Part shown: positions 48,401 to 61,972 of the stretch, piece by piece
Numbering within the stretch: position 1 is the first letter of the stretch
How the letters are laid out: each line of letters starts with the position of its first letter
NCBI GenBank assembly: GCA_950097015.1
Contig: CATNEN010000038.1
Location: forward strand, 32,054,001-32,118,000
DNA: 64,000 nucleotides
Direction of reading: 5' to 3'
Origin: Macrostomum hystrix
Taxonomy: Eukaryota; Animalia; Platyhelminthes
Program-made: the position numbers and the translations under genes
The notes under the pieces: model-generated
What the model saw: only the letters and a program-made list of their open reading frames with translations
The model's database searches: none
Told to the model about the DNA's origin: nothing

Positions 48401-51400
48401 AGTGACTAGAGAAATCGGAGAGTGACTAGAGAACTCGGAGAGTGACTAGAGAAATCTGAGAGTGACTAGAGAAATCTGAGAGTGACTAGAGAACTCGGAG
48501 AGTGATTAGGGAAATCGGAGAGTGATTAGAGAAATCGGAGAGTGACTAGAGAACTCGAAGGGTGAATAGAGAAATCGGAGAGTGACTAGTGAAATCGGAG
48601 AGTGACTAGAGAAATCGGAGAGTGACTAGAGAACTCGAAGGGTGAATAGAGAACTCGAAGGGTGAATAGAGAAATCGGAGAGTGACTAGTGAAATCGGAG
48701 AGTGATTAGGGAAATCGGAGAGTGACTAGAGAAATCTGAGAGTGACTAGAGAAATCGGAGAGTGATTAGGGAAATCGGAGAGTGACTAGGGAAATCGGAG
48801 AGTGACTAGGGAAATCGGAGAGTGACTAGGGAAATCGGAGAGTGACTAGAGAAATCGGAGAGTGATTAGGGAAATCGGACAGTGACTAGAGAACTCGAAG
48901 GGTGAATAGAGAACTCGAAGGGTGAATAGAGAAATCGGAGAATGACTAGTGAAATCGGAGAGTGACTAGAGAAATCGGAGAGTGACTAGAGAAATCGGAG
49001 AGTGATTAGGGAAATCGGAGAGTGATTAGGGAAATCGGAGAGTGATTAGGGAAATCGGAGAGTGATTAGGGAAATCGGAGAGTGATTAGGGAAATCGGAG
49101 AGTGATTAGGGAAATCGGAGAGTGACTAGAGAAATCAAATAGTGACAATGTATCAAGGTAAAAAATAGATTTATAAATAAATTCGTAATAAAATTGGATG
49201 GTTAAAATGTTATCTAGTGCAGTTTTGAGGTTAGTGATAAAAATGAATGTAACTGAAGTAACGCTGAAAATTATTCAAATAACTGAAAGGTTTGCCTGTC
49301 AAGTTAATGAATTATTGGCAATGCCAAACTTGCTAGTTGCTTGCACCTTTTTGACACGGCAGAAAATATAAATCAGTATAATTGAAACCGACTTTTGAGA
49401 ACTGGTTTTGTGCACGCTATTTGCGACTTATCGCCATGATCAGATGTGCGCAACTCAATGCCTAGAGTACATCCGCTTCCGGAATGTCCTGACAGAAGCC
49501 CCCTAACTCACATGTCTAAATCCTAAGCCGTATGCTAGCCTCCCATTCAATAATTATGAATGAAGTTTGACAGTTTGAAGAATGGCAGTTTATCTTTTCA
49601 GTTCTGTTTCAAAGAGTTATCCGAAATAATTGGCAGTAAATCTCCGAATCTTTCATCTCTATCCTTCTATCTTTCATCGCTATCCTTCTCTTCTGTATTT
49701 CATCTCTATCCTTCTCTTCTGTAATTTATCTCTATCCTATTATCTCATCTCTATCCTACTATCTCATCTCTATCCTACTATCTCGTCTCTATCCTACTAT
49801 CTCGTCTCTATCCTTCTCTTCTGTAATTTATCTCTATCCTACTATCTCATCTCTATCCTTCTCTTCTGTAATTTATCTCTATCCTACTATCTCATCTCTA
49901 TCCTTCTCTTCTGTAATTTATCTCTATCCTACTATCTCATCTCTATCCTACTATCTCATCTCTATCCTACTATCTCATCTCTATCCTACTATCTCGTCTC
50001 TATCCTACTATCTCGTCTCTATCCTACTGTCTTCAATCTCTATCCTACTGTCCCCAATCTCTATCCTACTGTCTCCAATCTCTATCCTACTGTCTCCAAT
50101 CTCTAGCCTACTGTCTCCAATCTCTATCCTACTGTCTCCAATCTCTATCCTACTGTCTCCAATCTCTATCCTACTGTCTCCAATCTCTATCCTACTGTCT
50201 CCAATCTCTATCCTACTGTCTCCAATCTCTATCCTACTGTCTCCAATCTCTATCCTACTGTCTCCAATCTCTATCCTACTGTCTCCAATCTCTATCCTAC
50301 TGTCCCCAATCTCTATCCTACTGTCTCCAATCTCTATCCTACTGTCCCCAATCTCTATCCTACTGTCTCCAATCTCTATCCTACTGTCTCCAATCTCTAT
50401 CCTACTGTCCCCAATCTCTATCCTACTGTCTCCAATCTCTATCCTACTGTCCCCAATCTCTATCCTACTGTCTTCAATCTCTATCCTACTGTCTCCAATC
50501 TCTATCCTACTGTCTCCAATCTCTATCCTACTGTCTCCAATCTCTATCCTACTGTCTCCAATCTCTATCCTACTGTCTCCAATCTCTATCCTACTGTCTC
50601 CAATCTCTATCCTACTGTCCCCAATCTCTATCCTACTGTCTCCAATCTCTATCCTACTGTCTCCAATCTCTATCCTACTGTCTTCAATCTCTATCCGACA
50701 TTCTTCAATCTCTATCCTGCTGTCTTTAATTTCTATCCCACATTCTTCAATCTCTATCCCACATTCTTCAATCTCTATCCAACCAATCATTCACCCTGAA
50801 ACACTTTAGTCAGGTCCCTGGCGTCATTTACCCGGAGCCGTCTCGTGTCCCGGCCTGGCCGCGCCCCTGGAGCTGCAACTTTCCCAACTGGTGCCCGGCA
50901 AAGATTTCAAACTCCTAACCCAGCCCTTTGAAGTTCGCCGCTTTTCATTCGGACCGCCAAGCTGTTTAAATAATCTGCCAGACAATATTGAGACAGTCAG
51001 TGTCTCGGTGCCCTGGCTAGATTCCAACTATGAAGGCGATGTGACTGGCTGCTTCCTGTGGTGGGACCTCCTGATGGATCCTTGGCCAGGCGCTGAACTG
51101 CTCAGCACGGAGCCGTCCTGGGCTGCCGCCAGCGGCGAAGCTCAATTTCGCGAGCACTGGATGCAGTCCGTGCACTTTTTCCCGTCGCCAAGGCGTCGGC
51201 AAATCGGCGTCGATAATCATCGACTAAGCCACTGGCACGACGGCTACGGAAATTATTTCGATCTAGAATCTTCGGCTACGGCTGACAAGAATTGCTTCGA
51301 CAAGAATCGTTTCTGCTCTTGTGGAATTCATCAAGCTGTTAGCAGGTCGCGTCTAGCCGAAACCCAGGACCCAGCCTACGTTGATAGCCACACTGGATGG

Positions 51401-53215
51401 CTAAGGCGGCTGCTGGTAGCTCGACCCAACCGACCTCTGGCCACCGTTGGTGATCTGTGCGTTCTGCCTCGATTGCTGGCCACTTTGAGGCCTGCCGATT
51501 CCTTACAGTCTGTGCTCTGCGTTGAACCGCGTCAGCGTTGTCGAGACATTCTCCAAGCCGTCACCGCCGCCGCCGCTGCTGCTGATGCTGACTTTAGCGA
51601 AGATTCCGGTGGCTACGACAAGGCGGTAATTGCCGGGCTGCCCAACTTGGAAGATCCAGAAAACGAAGGATTGATTCTGTTAGGTGAGATGCGTAGAGTA
51701 TTACAGAGGCTGTTAGACACTAAGAGTGTTACAGAGGCTGTTAGACACTAAGAGTGTTACAGAGGCTGTTAGACACTAAGAGTGTTACAGAGGCTGTTAG
51801 ACACTAAGAGTGTTACAGAGGCTGTTAGACACTAATAGTGTTACAGAGGCTGTTAGACACTAAGAGTGTTACAGAGGCTGTTAGACACTAAGAGTGTTAC
51901 AGAGGCTGTTAGACACTAAGAGTGTTACAAAGGCTGTTAGACACTCAGAGTGTTACAGAGGCTGTTAGACACTCAGAGTGTTACAGAGGCTGTTAGACAC
52001 TAAGAGTGTTACAGAGACTGTTAGACACTAATAGTGTTACAGAGGCTGTTAGACACTAAGAGTGTTACAGAGGCTGTTAGACACTAAGAGTGTTACAGAG
52101 GCTGTTAGACACTAGGAGTGTTGCAGAGGCTGTTAGACACTAATAGTGTTACAGAGGCTGTTAGACACTAAGAGTGTTACAGAGGCTGTTAGACACTAAG
52201 AGTGTTACAGAGGCTGTTAGACACTAAGAGTGTTACAAAGGCTGTTAGACACTCAGAGTGTTACAGAGGCTGTTAGACACTCAGAGTGTTACAGAGGCTG
52301 TTAGACACTAAGAGTGTTACAAAGGCTGTTAGACACTAAGAGTGTTACAGAGGCTGTTAGACACTAAGGGTGTTACAGAGGCTGTTAGACACTAAGAGTG
52401 TTACAGAGGCTGTTAGACACTAAGAGTGTTACAGAGGCTGTTAGACACTAAGAGTGTTACAGAGGCTGTTAGACACTAAGAGTGTTACAGAGGCTGTTAT
52501 ATATTTCCCATTTCCAGCCGAGCCGAGCTTCGCCTCCAGTCTCCTGCCCTGGGACGAGTTGCGCTTCTGGCATCTGGCTGCAGCGGCATCGTCTTCCCGT
52601 TCTAAGCCTGCTGAAATCTACCCGAACCTCTGCCGCATCATGGCTGCCCCCGTGCTATTCAACGATCTTCACAAGCTTCGCTCTCCAGTCGGTCCGAACG
52701 GCTGCGAAGGCTTCGACCTGACCGAATTCGACAGATTAGCCAGTCCGGCCGCTGATGCCGCGTTTCCCAAGCTCGAATCCCAACCATTGTGGGAATATCC
52801 GGGCCAGCTGCTTGACGAGCCGCAACTGCTGCTAGAACTCGCCTGGTCAAAACATTTTGCTAATGCGGGGAATCCTAATTCAATCATCGAAGGCGATGTT
52901 TGCCGATTTTCGCCAGCAACTGCCAGCTCTGCGGCCAATGGCCTGGCAATTTGGTGCGACTGGTTCGCCCAGTTTGACAATAGCGAGCCTGTTCCTGTCC
53001 TGCTTACTGGCATTGTCAGCGCCGCCGCTGATCGAACTGTGCTGCCCCGACAACTCAACGCCCAGGATTGGAATCGGTACAGGCGTCAGGGTGTGCTCAT
53101 GCTCAGTCCTGGGACTGCTGCTGCTGCTGCTGCCGATGCTTCGCTAACTGTTTCCGCCAAATACCAATTGGATAGCGCAGAATTGACTGTGTCAGTTCAT
53201 AATTCTCATTGTTGA
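45465..53215 (+). CDS. PRMT7: Protein arginine N-methyltransferase 7
   Basis: Exons 45465-45699, 46942-47073, 47469-47725, 50810-51683, 52518-53215; phases match. Motifs [73 protein letters not shown], and a degenerate second PRMT module ([33 protein letters not shown]). Confidence 0.95.
45912..46815. repeat. 16-bp minisatellite (gatgaccttcagacta)n
   Basis: PRMT7 intron 1. Confidence 0.95.
47150..47388. repeat. 20-bp minisatellite (gacagttcaggaagtggtta)n
   Basis: PRMT7 intron 2. Confidence 0.95.
47760..49140. repeat. 20-bp minisatellite (agtgactagagaaatcggag)n
   Basis: PRMT7 intron 3, 5' part. Confidence 0.95.
49650..50780. repeat. Compound 19-bp/21-bp minisatellite with ctctatcctact core
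   Basis: PRMT7 intron 3, 3' part; ctctatcctactatctc(a/g)t grades into ctctatcctactgtctccaat at about 50020. Confidence 0.95.
51695..52498. repeat. 28-bp minisatellite (gagtgttacagaggctgttagacactaa)n
   Basis: Occupies about 800 of the 834 nt of PRMT7 intron 4. Confidence 0.95.
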
Positions 53216-53329
53216 TCTACAATTCTGGCTGGATCTTCTATGCTGTTGCAATGCTGCTTTTTCGACACTTTAATTTCATATCTGTGCGAGCATTTTGATT
53301 CTCTTGATCATTATACTCTACGCCTTTTC

Positions 53330-54975
53330 TTCTTTTCTCCCCCTCTCTGACTCTTCATTTCTCTCCCTGTGACTCTTCCTTTCTCCCCCTCTCTGACTCT
53401 TCATTTCTCCCCCCTGACTCTTCATTTCTCTCCCTGTGACTCTTCCTTTCTCCCCCTCTCTGACTCTTCATTTCTCTCCCCTGACTCTTCATTTCTCTCC
53501 CCCCTGACTCTTCATTTCTCTTCCCTCTGACTCTTCATTTCTCTTCCTCTCTGACTCTTCATTTCTCTCCCCTCTGACTCTTCATTTCTCTCCCCCCTGA
53601 CTCTTCTTTTCTCCCCCTCTCTGACTCTTCATTTCTCTCCCTGTGACTCTTCCTTTCTCCCCCTCTCTGACTCTTCCTTTCTCCCCCTCTCTGACTCTTC
53701 ATTTCTCTCCCTGTGACTCTTCCTTTCTCCCCCTCTCTGACTCTTCATTTCTCTCCCTCTCTGACTCTTCATTTCTCTCCCCTCTGACTCTTCATTTCTC
53801 TCCCCCCTGACTCTTCATTTCTCTCCCCCCTGACTCTTCATTTCTCTCCCCTCTGACTCTTCATTTCTCTCCCTCTCTGACTCTTCATTTCTCTCCCCTC
53901 TGACTCTTCATTTCTCTCCCCCCTGACTCTTCATTTCTCTCCCCCCTGACTCTTCATTTCTCTCCCCTCTGACTCTTCATTTCTCTCCCTCTCTGACTCT
54001 TCATTTCTCTCCCCTCTGACTCTTCATTTCTCTCCCCCCTGACTCTTCTTTTCTCCCCCTCTCTGACTCTTCATTTCTCTCCCTGTGACTCTTCCTTTCT
54101 CCCCCTCTCTGACTCTTCATTTCTCTCCCTCTCTGACTCTTCATTTCTCTCCCCTCCGACTCTTCATTTCTCTCCCCTGACTCTTCATTTCTCTCCCCTC
54201 TGACTCTTCATTTCTCTCCCTCTCTGACTCTTCATTTCTCTCCCTCTCTGACTCTTCATTTCTCTCCCTCTCTGACTCTTCATTTCTCTCCCTCTCTGAC
54301 TCTTCATTTCTCTCCCCTGTGACTCTTCCTTTCTCCCCCTCTCTGACTCTTCATTTCTCCCCCTCTCTGACTCTTCATTTCTCTCCCTCTCTGACTCTTC
54401 ATTTCTCTCCCCTGTGACTCTTCATTTCTCTCCCCTCCGACTCTTCATTTCTCTCCCCTCTGACTCTTCATTTCTCTCCCCTCTGACTCTTCATTTCTCC
54501 CCCTCTCTGACTCTTCATTTCTCTCCCTCTCTGACTCTTCATTTCTCTCCCCTGTGACTCTTCATTTCTCCCCCCTGACTCTTCATTTCTCTCCCTCTCT
54601 GACTCTTCATTTCTCTCCCCCCTGACTCTTCATTTCTCTCCCTCTCTGACTCTTCATTTCTCTCCCTCTCTGACTCTTCATTTCTCTCCCTCTCTGACTC
54701 TTCATTTCTCTCCCCTCTGACTCTTCATTTCTCCCCCCCTGACTCTTCATTTCTCTCCCTCTCTGACTCTTCATTTCTCTCCCCTGTGACTCTTCCTTTC
54801 TCCCCCTCTCTGACTCTTCATTTCTCCCCCTCTCTGACTCTTCATTTCTCCCCCTCTCTGACTCTTCATTTCTCTCCCCTCTGACTCTTCATTTCTCCCC
54901 CCTCTCTGACTCTTCATTTCTCTCCCCTCTGACTCTATATTTCTTATCTCTCTGACTCCTCATTTCTTATCTCTG
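53330..54975. repeat. ~23-25-bp pyrimidine-rich minisatellite (ctctgactcttcatttctctccc)n
   Basis: Downstream of the PRMT7 stop; unit length varies. Confidence 0.95.
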
Positions 54976-55369
54976 ACCGTGGCTTGTTGCAATGTTTTTT
55001 TCACTCTAATCAAGGCTACAATGGCAAAATAAGCTGTTTGGTTTAGATGATAAACTGTAGACTGATCGCAGATATAACAAATAGTATGATTTGAGGAGCA
55101 AAGCCAGTTCTTGTTTTTATCATTTTGCAAGATTGAATTGTTTGAATATATATCTTATATATTATATGTGCTGAACTGTACTCTTAATGCCAAATAATAT
55201 AGCCTTTACTAAAGCCACTTGACGGACAGAACAACATACGAGTTTTGGACTGAAAATTCAATAGCTTTGAAGCGAAAACTTAAGAAGATTAGAAACAATT
55301 GAGTTTAATATGGCGTTGCATCTGGCCTTCATCTAAATCCCAATTTAGGATTCAAGGTTTAAAGTCATG

Positions 55370-56640
55370 GTTTTGGGATTTGGGATTTCAAGATGTGGGA
55401 TTCTGGATTGAAGTTTTCGGATTCTGGATTGAAGTTTTCGGATTCGGACTTGAAGTTTTGGGATTCGGGATTTTAATTGTGGGATTCTGGATTGTAATTG
55501 TGGGATTCGGGATTGAAGTTGTGGGATTCGGTATTTAAGTTATGGGATTCGGGATTGAAGTTATGGGATTCGGGATTGAAGTTTTGGGATTCGGTATTGA
55601 AGTTTTGGGATTCGGGATTGAAGTTTTGGGATTCGGAATTGAAGTTTTGGGATTCGGGATTTTAATTGTGGGATTCTGGATTGAAGTTGTGGGATTCTTG
55701 GGATTCGGTATTGAAGTTATGGGATTTGGGATTGAAGTTGTGGGATTTTTGGGATTCGGTATTGAAGTTATGGGATTTGGGATTGAAGTTTTGGGATTCG
55801 GTATTGAAGTTATGGGATTCGGTATTGAAGTTATGGGATTCGGTATTGAAGTTATGGGATTCGGTATTGAAGTTATGGGATTCGGTATTGAAGTTATGAG
55901 ATTCGGTATTGAAGTTATGGGATTCGGTATTGAAGTTATGGGATTCGGTATTGAAGTTATGGGATTCGGTATTGAAGTTATGTGATTCGGGATTGAAGTT
56001 ATGGGATTCGGTATTGAAGTTATGGGATTCGGTATTGAAGTTATGGGATTCGGGATTGAAGTTATGGGATTCGGTATTGAAGTTATGGGATTCGGTATTG
56101 AAGTTATGGGATTCGGTATTGAAGTTATGGGATTCGGTATTGAAGTTATGGGATTCGGTATTGAAGTTATGGGATTCGGGATTGAAGTTATGGGATTCGG
56201 TATTGAAGTTATGGGATTCGGGATTGAAGTTTTGGGATTCGGTATTGAAGTTATGGGATTCGGTATTGAAGTTATGGGATTCGGTATTGAAGTTATGGGA
56301 TTCGGTATTGAAGTTATGGGATTCGGTATTGAAGTTATGGGATTCGGTATTGAAGTTATGGGATTCGGTATTGAAGTTAAGGGATTCGGGATTGAAGTTT
56401 TGGGATTCGGTATTGAAGTTATGGGATTCGGTATTGAAGTTATGGGATTCGGTATTGAAGTTTTGGGATTCGGAATTGAAGTTATGGGATTCGGTATTGA
56501 AGTTATGGGATTCGGAATTGAAGTTATGGGATTCGGTATTGAAGTTATGGGATTCGGTATTGAAGTTATGGGATTCGGGATTGAAGTTATGGGATTCGGG
56601 ATTGAAGTTTTGGGATTTGGGATTCGGGATTTCAAGATGT
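55370..56640. repeat. 21-bp minisatellite (gggattcggtattgaagttat)n
   Basis: Direct tandem repeat. Confidence 0.95.
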
Positions 56641-57162
56641 GGGATTTCGGATATAACATTTTTGGGATTGCGGAATTCGGGTTTAAGTATTGGGATTTTT
56701 TGGATTATTGTTCACAGTTTTCTCGTCTTAATATTTTAAACCAGCTAGAGTGGTTCTCACGAAGTAAAAAGTACATCAAAATAGGCTTTTAAAAATGTAC
56801 ATTGCAAGCTGACAACCGCAGATACTATTATTGCACAACACAATTGTTAGACACTTTAACAGTTTGCCATGTTACAAACACCTGCTAATAAGATAATAAG
56901 AGAGTGCGCCAACAATTTATATTGTTTTGTTTGATATAGCTCAGCTATTGTTGCACAAGGACGAATTAAGCGAACGCATACACAATACATAAGAAGCTAA
57001 ATTGGAATGTCACGATCACTTTTAACTAAGGACAATTAAAAGTAGTTTCAACTTTAAGTGCAGTTTCTCAATGATCAACTAATTCGAACCTAAGTCAAAT
57101 GAAAGACTGCACCGGTTGGTTTACTTGGAAATTTCACCATGTATCATTGGAATAAAATGAAA

Positions 57163-59305
57163 TTACCGATGCACTTAATCATCCCGTCGAGGAAATTACC
57201 GATGCACTTAATGACTCCGTCGAGGAAATGACCGATGCACTTAATGACTCCGTCGAGGTAATGACCGATGCACTTAATGAGACCCTTTCGAGGTAATGAC
57301 CGATGCACTTAATGACTCCGTCGAGGTAATGACCAATGCACTTAATGAGACCCTTTCGAGGTAATGACCGATGCACTTAATGAGACCCTTTCGAGGTAAT
57401 GACCGATGCACTTAATGAGACCCTTTCGAGGTAATGACCGATGCACTTAATGAGACCCTTTCGAGGTAATGACCGATGCACTTAATGAGACCCTTTCGAG
57501 GTAATGACCGATGCACTTAATGAGACCCTTTCGAGGTAATGACCGATGCACTTAATGAGACCCTTTCGAGGTAATGACCGATGCACTTAATGAGACCCTT
57601 TCGAGGTAATGACCGATGCACTTAATGAGACCCTTTCGAGGTAATGACCGATGCACTTAATCATCCCGTCGAGGAAATGACCGATGCACTTAATGACTCC
57701 GTCGAGGAAATGACCGATGCACTTAATGACTCCGTCGAGGTAATGACCGATGCACTTAATGAGACCCTTTCGAGGTAATGACCGATGCACTTAATGACTC
57801 CGTCGAGGTAATGACCAATGCACTTAATGAGACCCTTTCGAGGTAATGACCGATGCACTTAATGAGACCCTTTCGAGGTAATGACCGATGCACTTAATGA
57901 GACCCTTTCGAGGTAATGACCGATGCACTTAATCATCCCGTCGAGGAAATGACCGATGCACTTAATGAGACCCTGTCGAGGTAATGACCGATGCACTTAA
58001 TGAGACCCTGTCGAGGAAATGACCGATGCACTTAATGAGACCCTGTCGAGGTAATGACCGATGCACTTAATGAGACCCTTTCGAGGTAATGACCGATGCA
58101 CTTAATCATCCCGTCGAGGAAATGACCGATGCACTTAATGACTCCGTCGAGGTAATGACCAATGCACTTAATGAGACCCTTTCGAGGTAATGACCGATGC
58201 ACTTAATGAGACCCTTTCGAGGTAATGACCGATGCACTTAATGAGACCCTTTCGAGGTAATGACCGATGCACTTAATGAGACCCTTTCGAGGTAATGACC
58301 GATGCACTTAATGACTCCGTCGAGGTAATGACCAATGCACTTAATGAGACCCTTTCGAGGTAATGACCGATGCACTTAATGAGACCCTTTCGAGGTAATG
58401 ACCGATGCACTTAATGAGACCCTTTCGAGGTAATGACCGATGCACTTAATGAGACCCTTTCGAGGTAATGACCGATGCACTTAATGAGACCCTTTCGAGG
58501 TAATGACCGATGCACTTAATGAGACCCTTTCGAGGTAATGACCGATGCACTTAATGAGACCCTTTCGAGGTAATGACCGATGCACTTAATGAGACCCTTT
58601 CGAGGTAATGACCGATGCACTTAATGAGACCCTTTCGAGGTAATGACCGATGCACTTAATCATCCCGTCGAGGAAATGACCGATGCACTTAATGACTCCG
58701 TCGAGGAAATGACCGATGCACTTAATGACTCCGTCGAGGTAATGACCGATGCACTTAATGAGACCCTTTCGAGGTAATGACCGATGCACTTAATGACTCC
58801 GTCGAGGTAATGACCAATGCACTTAATGAGACCCTTTCGAGGTAATGACCGATGCACTTAATGAGACCCTTTCGAGGTAATGACCGATGCACTTAATGAG
58901 ACCCTTTCGAGGTAATGACCGATGCACTTAATCATCCCGTCGAGGAAATGACCGATGCACTTAATGAGACCCTGTCGAGGTAATGACCGATGCACTTAAT
59001 GAGACCCTGTCGAGGAAATGACCGATGCACTTAATGAGACCCTGTCGAGGTAATGACCGATGCACTTAATGAGACCCTTTCGAGGTAATGACCGATGCAC
59101 TTAATGACTCCGTCGAGGTAATGACCGATGCACTTAATGAGACCCTGTCTAGGTAATGACCGATGCACTTAATGAGACCCTGTCTAGGTAATGACCGATG
59201 CACTTAATGACTCCGTCGAGGTAATGACCGATGCACTTAATGAGACCCTTTCGAGGTAATGACCGATGCACTTAATGAGACCCTGTCTAGGTAATGACCG
59301 ATGCA
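57163..59305. repeat. 33/35-bp minisatellite (gaggtaatgaccgatgcacttaatgagaccctttc)n
   Basis: Two unit lengths interspersed, with higher-order blocks. Confidence 0.95.
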
Positions 59306-59822
59306 GTTATGAGTTTAAGCGATGACTAGTGCACCTATTGACTACATTGTGTTAATAAGTTAATTGAATATGATTTCGCGGAAAGCGACAACAGTTAGGT
59401 TTTACATCGGCGCTTAATTGAACAGGTAATTGCATCAACAAGTAAGAATTGGGCAAATGTTTTATCGGGCAAGAAACAATAAGTTACCTGTTAGAAGGCA
59501 GGCAAAAAATTCTAACATCAGGACATTGTAAACACAAAACAGGTTACAAAAGCTCGAGACAATTATCTTGAAAATACGACTAACTGGCACAACACTGGTT
59601 CCAAACAGGACATGTACAGGTAAATATCTGCTTTCAAAAAGTGTTTCAATACAAATCCGAATGTACCAGCTTAATGAATGCAATCAGTTTTTAATCTATA
59701 AGTGGCAGATATTTGCACAATTATTAATTTTTCAAACGAATTGTCTGCTGCTTTAAGTAGCTCCTAGTAGAGCTATATCGAAAAATCTCCGTTTTTTCTC
59801 GACCTGATGCTACATTTATAGT

Positions 59823-60003
59823 TTACACGTCGGGACTAAATTTCGCATCGGCGGCTGGGTCGCCCTGCTGCGCCAGTTTGTTGCCGTGCACCTTCATGTG
59901 GCGCGTGATCATGTCCCGACGGCAGGCTGAGTAGCCGCACACGCTGCACGTGTAAGGCTTCTCACCTGTGTGAGTTCGCATGTGCGTGCTCAGGTGGTCC
60001 GAT
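59823..60003 (-). CDS. klu: Last exon of a klumpfuss-like (EGR/WT1-related) C2H2 zinc-finger transcription factor; upstream exons not found in window
   Basis: Acceptor cctatcag| then [40 protein letters not shown]; the RRDMITRHM finger is characteristic of Klumpfuss-type proteins. Confidence 0.75.
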
Positions 60004-60106
60004 CTGATAGGAATGGGGTTCGGATTGGGCACATTTTAGTGAGCTGTCTGAAGCATATCTTATTATATTGTACCTTCTTCCATTCATATTCTCATTATGT
60101 ATACAT

Positions 60107-61972
60107 AGACACGGGAGAGATGAGACACGGGAGAGATGAGACTGGGGAGAGATGAGACTGGGGAGAGATGAGACACGGGAGAGATGAGACACGGGAGAGA
60201 TGAGACTGGGGAGAGATGAGACACGGGAGAGATGAGACACGGGAGAGATGAGACATGGGGAGAGATGAGACACGGGAGAGATGAGACACGGGAGAGATGA
60301 GACATGGGGAGAGATGAGACACGGGAGAGATGAGAAATGGGAGAGATGAGACACGGGAGAGATGAGACACGGGAGAGATGAGACACGGGAGAGATGAAAC
60401 ACGGGGAGAGATGAGACATGGGGAGCGATGAGACAGGGGAGAGATGAGACTGGGGAGAGATGAGACACGGGAGAGATGAGACACGGGAGAGATGAGACAT
60501 GGGGAGAGATGAGACACGGGAGAGATGAGAAATGGGAGAGATGAGACACGGGAGAGATGAGACACGGGAGAGATGAGACACGGGAGAGATGAAACACGGG
60601 GAGAGATGAGACATGGGGAGCGATGAGACAGGGGAGAGATGAGACTGGGGAGAGATGAGACACGGGAGAGATGAGACACGGGAGAGATGAGACACGAGAG
60701 AGATGAGACACGGGAGAGATGAAACACGGGGAGAGATGAGACATGGGGAGCGATGAGACATGGGGAGCGATGAGACAGGGGAGAGATGAGACACGGGAGA
60801 GATGAGACATGGGAGAGATGAGACACGGGAGAGATGAAACACGGGGAGAGATGAGACATGGGGAGCGATGAGACTGGGGAGAGATGAGACACGGGAGAGA
60901 TGAGACACGGGAGAGATGAGACACGGGAGAGATGAGACACGGGAGAGATGAGACACGGGAGAGATGAGACACGGGAGAGATGAGACACGGGAGAGATGAG
61001 ACATGGGGAGCGATGAGACATGGGGAGCGTTGAGACTGGGGAGAGATGAGACACATGAGAGATGAGACACGGGAGAGATGAGACACGGGAGAGATGAGAC
61101 ACGGGAGAGATGAGACACGGGAGAGATGAGACACGAGAGAGATGAGACATGGGGAGAGATGAGACACGGGAGAGATAAGACATGGGAGAGATGAGACACG
61201 GGAGAGATGAGACACGGGAGAGATGAGACACGGGAGAGATGAGACACGGGAGAGATGAGACACGAGAGAGATGAGACATGGGGAGAGATGAGACACGGGA
61301 GAGATAAGACATGGGAGAGATGAGACACGAGAGAGATGAGACACGGGAGAGATGAAACACGGGAGAGATGAGACACGGGAGAGATGAGACACGAGAGAGA
61401 TGAGACACGGGAGAGATGAAACACGGGAGAGATGAGACACGGGAGAGATGAGACACGGGAGAGATGAGACACGGGAGAGATGACACACGGGAGAGATGAG
61501 ACGCGGGAGAGATGAGACACGGGAGAGATGAGACACGGGAGAGATGAGACACGGGAGAGATGAGACACGGGAAAGATGAGACACGGGAGAGATGAGACAC
61601 GGGAGAGATGAGACACGGGAAAGATGAGACACGGGAGAGATGAGACACGGGAGAGATGAGACACGGGAGAGATGAGACACGGGAAAGATGAGACACGGGA
61701 GAGATGAGACACGGGAGAGATGAGACACGCGAAAGACGAGACACGGGAGAGATGAGACACGGGAGAGATGAGACACGGGAGAGATGAGACACGGGAGAGA
61801 TGAGACACGGGAGAGATGAGACACGCGAAAGACGAGACACGGGAGAGATGAGACACGGGAGAGATGAGACACGGGAGAGATGAGACACGGGAGAGATGAG
61901 ACGCGGGAGAGATGAGACACGGGAGAGATGAGACGCGGGAGAGATGAGACACGGGAGAGATGAGACACGGGA
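60107..61972. repeat. 16-bp (17-bp variant) minisatellite (acgggagagatgagac)n
   Basis: Intron of the zinc-finger gene; source of three spurious 600-aa ORFs. Confidence 0.95.

Noticed and set aside
55535-56792. ORFs with SIPNPIT, GFGIEVM and LKLWDSV repeats (WD-like look)
   Set aside because: A 21-bp minisatellite open in several frames; not WD40.
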